Assembly (NCBI GenBank): GCA_039794845.1
Contig: JAUQVK010000025.1
Span: 1 to 64,000 of the forward strand
DNA: 64,000 nucleotides
Source: Thermostichus sp. DRC_bins_24
Lineage (GTDB): Bacteria > Cyanobacteriota > Cyanobacteriia > Thermostichales > Thermostichaceae
Reading direction: 5' to 3'
Part shown: positions 58,233-64,000 of the stretch, piece by piece
How positions within the stretch are numbered: the first letter of the stretch is position 1
How the letters are laid out: every line of letters starts with the position of its first letter
The notes under the pieces: model-generated
Databases searched by the model: none
What the model was told of the DNA's origin: nothing
Seen by the model: the letters and a program-made list of their open reading frames with translations, nothing else
Program-made: the position numbers and the translations under genes

Positions 58233-60029
58233 CTACATCGACTCTGGTGCGCTCAGCCCCAGAATGCCCGTGAGCAGATTAAACAACACCTGGCGCGTGG
58301 CCTGTACCAGCTGAATTCGCGCTTGCGCCAACTCGGGATCCTCCTGTAGGAGGGGCAGGATCCGGCAGTTGTCGTAAAACTTGTTGAAATCAGCAGCAAC
58401 CGCTTCGGTGTAGCGGATGATTTTGTGGGGAGCCCGTTCTTCCGCAGCGGCGATCAACTCATCTGGCAAGGCCACTAGGCGCAGCAACAGGTGCCGTTCT
58501 TCCGGCTCTTTGTAAGGGAGTTCCCCCTTGTCCGAGAGTGACACTGTCGGGGTTAGTTCTACTTGTTCTTCTTCTTGCAGCCGCCGCAATAGGGTGCAAC
58601 AGCGGGCATGGCTGTAGTGCACATACACCACGGGGTTATCGAAGGTTTGCTTAACGGCCAAATCCAGATCGAAATGGATCGGGCTATCCATACTGTTGCT
58701 GAGCAAAAACCAGCGGGCAGCATCGGCTCCCACCCCAATGTCGGGATCCTCGATCAGATCGTTTAAGGAGACAAAATTGCCGGTGCGTTTGGACATGCGT
58801 ACTTCGGTTTTTTCGCCCGTTTCCGGATCCGTTTTGAACAATTTGACAAACTGACCGATTAAAATCTCCAGCTTGACCTCCAAGCTAAAAGCCCCCACCG
58901 CCGCATTCAGCCGACCGATGTAACCGTGGTGATCCGAGCCAAGAATGTTGATCAGCCGCTGGTAGCCACGCCGCACTTTATCTCGGTGATAGGCAATATC
59001 GGCCGCCAGATAGGTTACGGAGCCATCGGCTTTTTGTACCACCCGATCTTTGTCGTCGCCAAATTCTCGGGTTTTGAAATAGATGGCTTCTTCGGCATTG
59101 GGCTTGGGATCCTCACCGCGCGGAGCCTTGGCCCTGTAGAGAAAGCCTCGCTCCTGCAGTTCCTGTAGAGACTGTTGGATGGCGCTCAGGCCCGTCTGGG
59201 GATCGGGGGCGTGTAAACGGCGCTCGCTGAACCATTGCTCAAACTCCGTTTGCAGCTGCCGGAGGGTGTTTTTTTGCCAAGCGAGCATTTCCCCATAGGC
59301 AAAATCGGTGTACTCCTCCAGGGTGGCGGGCAGGGTACGGATCCCGGCTTTGACTTGATCCAACAGCCGTTGCGCCACATCGATCAAGTAAGTACCGCGA
59401 TAGGCATCATCCGGCAGGGGAATGTCTTCTCCTTGCAGCTGCTTCACCCGCACCGCCAAGGACTTGCCCAAAATCTGCATTTGGTTGCCGGCATCGTTGA
59501 TGTAAAACTCCCGATCCACCTGATGCCCTGTCCAGCGCAACAGATTGGCCACCGTAGAGCCGACGGCTGCCCAACGCCCATGCCCCACATGCAACGGCCC
59601 GGTTGGGTTGGCAGAGACAAACTCCAGCAGAATCCGCTCGGGGTGGGGGTTAGCTGTTTTGCCAAACTCCGACCCTAGGCTGAGTAATTCCTGTAAACGT
59701 TCCGCCAAAAAGGGATCCCCCAACCGAAAATTGATAAACCCGGCCCCTGCCACACGGGTTTCTACATTGGATAAATCCAGGTGTGCGAGGATCGCTTGGG
59801 CAATTTGCGCTGGGGCCATACCACAGAGCTTCTTCATCCCCAGGGCGGTCGGGCAGGCGTAGTCGCCATAGCGGGTATCGTTGGGGATTTGAATGACAGG
59901 GACCACCTGGGAGGTTTGGTCGGGGGCCAGGGATCCCAGATGGCCTGCTTCTGCCGCCCGTTGAATGGCCTCAGATACCGCAGCAGTGAGAAACCGAATC
60001 AAGGATGTGGACTGGGGTTGGAGTGCCAT
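58233..60029 (-). CDS. argS: Arginine--tRNA ligase
   Basis: [52 protein letters not shown]. Confidence 0.97.
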   Translation of the reverse strand: MALQPQSTSLIRFLTAAVSEAIQRAAEAGHLGSLAPDQTSQVVPVIQIPNDTRYGDYACPTALGMKKLCGMAPAQIAQAILAHLDLSNVETRVAGAGFINFRLGDPFLAERLQELLSLGSEFGKTANPHPERILLEFVSANPTGPLHVGHGRWAAVGSTVANLLRWTGHQVDREFYINDAGNQMQILGKSLAVRVKQLQGEDIPLPDDAYRGTYLIDVAQRLLDQVKAGIRTLPATLEEYTDFAYGEMLAWQKNTLRQLQTEFEQWFSERRLHAPDPQTGLSAIQQSLQELQERGFLYRAKAPRGEDPKPNAEEAIYFKTREFGDDKDRVVQKADGSVTYLAADIAYHRDKVRRGYQRLINILGSDHHGYIGRLNAAVGAFSLEVKLEILIGQFVKLFKTDPETGEKTEVRMSKRTGNFVSLNDLIEDPDIGVGADAARWFLLSNSMDSPIHFDLDLAVKQTFDNPVVYVHYSHARCCTLLRRLQEEEQVELTPTVSLSDKGELPYKEPEERHLLLRLVALPDELIAAAEERAPHKIIRYTEAVAADFNKFYDNCRILPLLQEDPELAQARIQLVQATRQVLFNLLTGILGLSAPESM

Positions 60030-60244
60030 GAGGAAACCGGGGGCATGAGCAACAGAACTTAAGTATGACAAAAGACACCCGACAACAGGGGATCCAAGCG
60101 GGAGCAGGTAGCCAAGAGTGGGGGGATCCCGATCAAGCGGAATCGAGCCGCTGGTTCGGACCCGGGGCCAGATGAAGGCGTCCCCCCGTCTTTGAATGTC
60201 GGGAGAATGTCAGAATGAGGACGATATGCTTCCTGGCGTCAACG

Positions 60245-61438
60245 ATGAAACTAGCCTACTTTGACTGTGCGGCGGGTATTGCAGGCGATATGTGTTTGGG
60301 GGCGTTACTGGATTGTGGGGTGCCCCTGGAATACCTGAACCGGCAGCTGCAGGCGTTGGGGCTAGAAGGGGAATTTCACCTACAGGTGAACCGGGTGAAG
60401 CGCTGTGGCCAACCGGCTCTGCACGTGGTGGTGGAGGTGTTGGGATCCGAGGTACACCGCGCCCGTCATTGGCCAGAAATCCAGGCCATTATCGAGGGAT
60501 CCCAGTTGGCCCCCGCCATCAAGGCCCGCAGCCTCGCGGTGTTCCACAAGCTGGCCCAGGCGGAAGCAAAGGTGCACCAAATGCCCTTGGATAAAGTTCA
60601 TTTTCACGAGGTGGGGGCGGTGGATGCCTTGGTGGATATCATCGGCACTTGCATCGGCCTCGACTGGCTGCAGGTGGAGCAGGTGTTGTCTTCTCCTCAT
60701 CCGATTGGAGGGGGCTGGGTGAATACAGAGCATGGCAAGCTTTCTGTACCGGTGCCGGCAGTGATCGAGCTGTGGGAAATGGCCCGTGTGCCGGTCTTCA
60801 GCAACGGTGTCGAAGCGGAGCTGGTCACTCCTACGGGGGCAGCTTTGGCGGTGGCTTTGGCCCAGGAGTTTGTTCCCTGCCCGCCGATGCGGGTGGAGAA
60901 AGTTGGGCGCGGGGCCGGTACCCGTGATCTGCCGATCCCGAATGTGTTCCGCCTTTGGCTCGGGGAAACCGCCGGGGCAGAGCAGACAGAAACCGTGTCG
61001 GTCTTGCAAACCCAAATCGACGATCTCAACCCTCAGGTCATCGCCTACGCCTGCGAGCAGCTGTTGGCCCTCGGCGTTTGGGATGTGTTTACCCAGCCCA
61101 TCACCATGAAGCAAGGGCGACCAGGGGTGCTGCTGACGGTGATCTGTCCGCCGGATCGGGTGCCTGAGTGTCAAAATCTGCTCTTCCGAGAGACCACTAC
61201 CCTAGGCATTCGACATTCCCAGGAGCAACGCACCCTGCTGGAGCGGGTGATCGAGCGAGTGGAAACCCCCTATGGCCTGGTGGATGTCAAGGTGGCCCGC
61301 CATCACGGCCACATCGTCAACGCCCAACCGGAGTTTCGAGATTGTGCTGCCCGCGCCCAAGAATTTCGGGTACCGGTACAGACGGTATGGTTGGCGGCCC
61401 AGTCGGTTTGGCAAAAACGCCTACAAGTGAATCCCTGA
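60245..61438 (+). CDS. larC: Nickel pincer cofactor biosynthesis protein LarC
   Basis: FDC.AGIAGDM.LGAL, HFHEVGAVD, ELVTPTGAA, QIDD, MK.GRPG, ETTTLGIR, PEF.DC. Confidence 0.92.
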   Translation: MKLAYFDCAAGIAGDMCLGALLDCGVPLEYLNRQLQALGLEGEFHLQVNRVKRCGQPALHVVVEVLGSEVHRARHWPEIQAIIEGSQLAPAIKARSLAVFHKLAQAEAKVHQMPLDKVHFHEVGAVDALVDIIGTCIGLDWLQVEQVLSSPHPIGGGWVNTEHGKLSVPVPAVIELWEMARVPVFSNGVEAELVTPTGAALAVALAQEFVPCPPMRVEKVGRGAGTRDLPIPNVFRLWLGETAGAEQTETVSVLQTQIDDLNPQVIAYACEQLLALGVWDVFTQPITMKQGRPGVLLTVICPPDRVPECQNLLFRETTTLGIRHSQEQRTLLERVIERVETPYGLVDVKVARHHGHIVNAQPEFRDCAARAQEFRVPVQTVWLAAQSVWQKRLQVNP

Positions 61439-61464
61439 AGACAAAGAAAAGCGCCATGCCCGGC

Positions 61465-62271
61465 TCAGAGCAACTCGTCGATCAGCAACAACACCGGCTG
61501 TAACTCAGCCCTGAGGGATCCCGCTTGCTCCAGGTTGACCTCCACCAACTGCTTCAGGGCAAGCACCTTGATATTGGCCTCCACAGCGGCAGTGGCCATC
61601 GCCGGTGCCCCCGGCAAATAACCACTGGCCCCCAAATCCAAGAGGGCAGCCCGCCGCAAGTGAACATTCTCGTGAGCCAGCACCGGCAACAGGCGCTGGG
61701 CGAAGGCGGGATCCCCGCTGATGCGGTAGCAAGCCCGCGCAGCTGCACATTGCAGGCGAATCGAGTCGTGTTCCAGATAGGGACGAATCTGCTCGAAAGC
61801 GGTGGCCGAGCGCAGCTGGCCGAGGGCTTCGATAATCGCCTCAAGGGCAGCTAGAGCCTCTGTTTCCACCCCGACCCCGACAAAGTTCAGCCCCTCGAGC
61901 AAAACAGCCCCCAACTCCTCGATCTCGTGCCGGAGGGCAATTTCCGCCAGGGCCTGGGCCGCTGCCGCCACCACCTGGCCATCCGAGCAGCGCAGTGCCG
62001 TTTTCAGGGCTGGGATCCCGGCGGGGGATCCCAACTTGCCCAGGGCACGGGCAGCATTGCGACGCAGCGGATACCCCCCTTGGGCGGTGCGATCCCGCTC
62101 GTCTGCCAGCGCCTCGATCAAAGCCGGGATCCCTTCCGAGATGCGCATCCGCCCCAACCACCAGGCCGCATAGTAGCGTTCCCCCGGATCCCCGTGGCGC
62201 AGCTTGGCGATCTGTCCGGCGGGGGTCAGATCCGCCGGTGGATGGGGATCCAGGGGAACAGCAGTGGTCAT
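61465..62271 (-). CDS. cpcE: Phycocyanin alpha-subunit phycocyanobilin lyase CpcE
   Basis: RYYAAWWLG, DRT..GGYPLRRNAARALGKLG HEAT repeats, LRRAALLDLGA. Confidence 0.93.
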   Translation of the reverse strand: MTTAVPLDPHPPADLTPAGQIAKLRHGDPGERYYAAWWLGRMRISEGIPALIEALADERDRTAQGGYPLRRNAARALGKLGSPAGIPALKTALRCSDGQVVAAAAQALAEIALRHEIEELGAVLLEGLNFVGVGVETEALAALEAIIEALGQLRSATAFEQIRPYLEHDSIRLQCAAARACYRISGDPAFAQRLLPVLAHENVHLRRAALLDLGASGYLPGAPAMATAAVEANIKVLALKQLVEVNLEQAGSLRAELQPVLLLIDELL

Positions 62272-62304
62272 GGAAGCAATGGCAAAGGGAACAGCAAGGA
62301 GAGA

Positions 62305-63162
62305 TCAAGCGCTACGAACGCTGACGATCTTGGCACCCGATTTGAGTACCCGCTGCATCGTCGCCGACAGTTGATCGGCGGAAACAAAAATCTGCTGGTT
62401 GGATTTGCGCACTCGGCTGGAGGTGGCCAAGGCAGAGGCCGGGTTGAGCAGGCGGGTCACCTCCACACAGAACATGCGGTCGGATTCGCCCGTTGGGGGT
62501 CCCAAGTGCTTAGAAATGGGGCTAGGCGGCAACAGACCCCGTACCCCGATGCGCCGAATCGCCGGGGTAAACCCGGTTCCTAGGGCGGTCATCAAACGCG
62601 GCCTTGCCCCTTGGGAACGATCGTTGTTGGCATAGCCGCCGTAGAGGGCAAACAGATTGGTAAAATCGCGGGTGGAATGGGCCCGACGGTATTCAAAACC
62701 GCGCGGATAGGGGACGATGTTGTCGCCGAAGGATTCCAGATATTCTGGGCTGTCAATGTAGGAATCGATCTCCGCTCCATGGCCACCGGACTGGTAGATA
62801 TCCAAATGGCGGGCAATATCCTTGCCATCCGTGGGGGCGCGGCCCAACAGATGCTTGAAATTAAGTTCGATGGCACGGGTTTGGGAGTTGGGGTAGAAAA
62901 ACCGCTTCTTATAGGCTTCGGATTTAGCGATCAGGCGCACAAATTCCCGCACCGTCAGACTGCCCTGGCGCAGTAGCGATTCGGCACTGGCCAGCTCGTC
63001 CACATCGGCCCCGAACAGATGGTCGTTGCCCAGAATCTGGCGATAGATGGCCCGCAGCACCGCATTGAACTGATCCTGGCTGGCCTTGGGGCGCAACTCC
63101 AGTGGAGTGGTATCCGTGATGCCCCGGATCCCCATCTGGCTCGCCGCTGTGATTGCACTCAT
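62305..63162 (-). CDS. cpcC: Phycocyanin-associated rod linker CpcC
   Basis: AIYRQILGN, AESLL..G..TVREFVR, IELNFKHLLGRAP, EIDSYIDS.EY..FG..IVPY, C-terminal CpcD-like domain. Confidence 0.93.
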   Translation of the reverse strand: MSAITAASQMGIRGITDTTPLELRPKASQDQFNAVLRAIYRQILGNDHLFGADVDELASAESLLRQGSLTVREFVRLIAKSEAYKKRFFYPNSQTRAIELNFKHLLGRAPTDGKDIARHLDIYQSGGHGAEIDSYIDSPEYLESFGDNIVPYPRGFEYRRAHSTRDFTNLFALYGGYANNDRSQGARPRLMTALGTGFTPAIRRIGVRGLLPPSPISKHLGPPTGESDRMFCVEVTRLLNPASALATSSRVRKSNQQIFVSADQLSATMQRVLKSGAKIVSVRSA

Positions 63163-63212
63163 GCTGATTCCCCTGATGAACTGGATGGACAAAAGGCTTG
63201 CGTCGCCGGATT

Positions 63213-63240
63213 TCGGCTAGATCAAATCGGCTAGATCAAA
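63213..63240. repeat. 14-bp tandem duplication TCGGCTAGATCAAA x2
   Basis: Direct repeat seen in the cpcA-cpcC spacer. Confidence 0.8.
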
Positions 63241-63396
63241 GTAGATCGAACTGGAGCAACAGCAGTGCCCCTCTCCGGGAGATCGAACCCCAGCCCAAAC
63301 GGGGATCCATCCACCCGGCGACAGACTTACCACCATTGCCCCAAGTGACCTTCCCTCGGCATGAACCTGGGATCCCAGGCCATACCCCCTAGCTGA

Positions 63397-63879
63397 TTAG
63401 CTGAGGGCGTTGATGGCGTAGTCGATGTAGGTGTTGGCTTCGGTGGCCGCTTGTCCACTCAGGCCGTGGTTGGCCTTGATGTAGCGCAGGGCTTCGATGA
63501 ACCAACTGGGGGAGAGTTCAAAGGCGGTGTTGATCTCACGGATCCCGGCCAACTGATACTCATCCATGGGGCCGGTGCCACCCGCCACCAAGCAGTAGGT
63601 GACGTAGCGCAGGTAGTGGCGCACATCGCGGGCACACTTGTCTTTGCCGGCTTGGTTGTTGCACTGCCCACCGGGTTGGGTGGTGTAGGGGAACTTGGCG
63701 TAAACCGCTTCGGTAGCACCGCGCACAAGCTCATCCGCACGGCTGGTCAGGGCTTGAGCGGCTTCCATGCTGGCGGCAGCACGCTGAAGGCGGCCATTGA
63801 TGGCTTGCAGCTCGCTGTTGCTCAAATAGCGCCCTTGGCTATCGGCAGTGGCGATGGCATCGACAATCGGGGTTTGCAT
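63397..63879 (-). CDS. cpcA: C-phycocyanin alpha subunit (atypical, 160 aa)
   Basis: TP...[62 protein letters not shown]. Confidence 0.93.
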   Translation of the reverse strand: MQTPIVDAIATADSQGRYLSNSELQAINGRLQRAAASMEAAQALTSRADELVRGATEAVYAKFPYTTQPGGQCNNQAGKDKCARDVRHYLRYVTYCLVAGGTGPMDEYQLAGIREINTAFELSPSWFIEALRYIKANHGLSGQAATEANTYIDYAINALS

Positions 63880-64000
63880 GATTCAAAACGCTCCTTTACT
63901 TAAGCTCAACGCAAAAAAACAAAGCAAAAACGGCAAGATTGCAACTGCGAAAAAATGAAAAGAGTTCTCTTCTGGGATCCCAAGACCATCACGGTCGCTC

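Larger units (their letters stand above)
1..64000. repeat. Highly iterated palindrome GGGATCCC (HIP1 variant), dispersed
   Basis: GGGATCCC/GGATCC occurs many times in most genes and spacers (for example 965, 1138, 3214, 4071, 5355, 5426). Confidence 0.9.

Noticed and set aside
63880..64000. Apparent absence of cpcB upstream of cpcA
   Set aside because: Only 120 bp are visible; cpcB may end just outside the window.
1..64000. CRISPR arrays, tRNA/rRNA genes, prophage or defence island
   Set aside because: No regularly spaced repeats, cloverleaf structures, integrase, structural phage genes or defence genes were recognised by eye.

Overview
Chromosomal segment of a thermophilic unicellular cyanobacterium, most likely a hot-spring Synechococcus/Thermostichus of the JA-2-3B'a/JA-3-3Ab type. 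This is inferred from phycocyanin genes, ycf4, cphA, fbaA and the extreme abundance of the GGGATCCC palindrome. The window holds about 55 mostly housekeeping or conserved cyanobacterial CDS with shuffled order: pilD, cphA, comEC, an ABC1 kinase, ycf4, an HtrA-type protease, a sigG/anti-sigma/CpxP-like cluster, ftn2, fbaA, sufU, clpS, phoD, rplU-rpmA, argS, larC and cpcA-cpcC-cpcE. It also carries three IS200/IS605 (tnpB) end remnants and several pseudogene fragments. I saw no CRISPR array, tRNA, rRNA or prophage. The most interesting leads are: (1) a cytoplasmic UrtA-like urea/amide sensor fused to a PP2C/SpoIIE phosphatase behind an NtcA-like box; (2) an exported rhodanese, a SelD-N-like flavoprotein and SufU in a row; (3) an orphan omega/reRNA-like IS end with no protein gene; (4) an Ftn2/ARC6 with a C-terminal SH3b-like domain; (5) a catalytically degenerate cellulose-synthase-like protein and a multi-GAF pseudo-kinase; (6) an in-frame G14 tract in an MFS/spermidine-synthase fusion; (7) an atypical CpcA with an extra Cys. 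All family assignments come from motif recognition by eye; no database searches were run.
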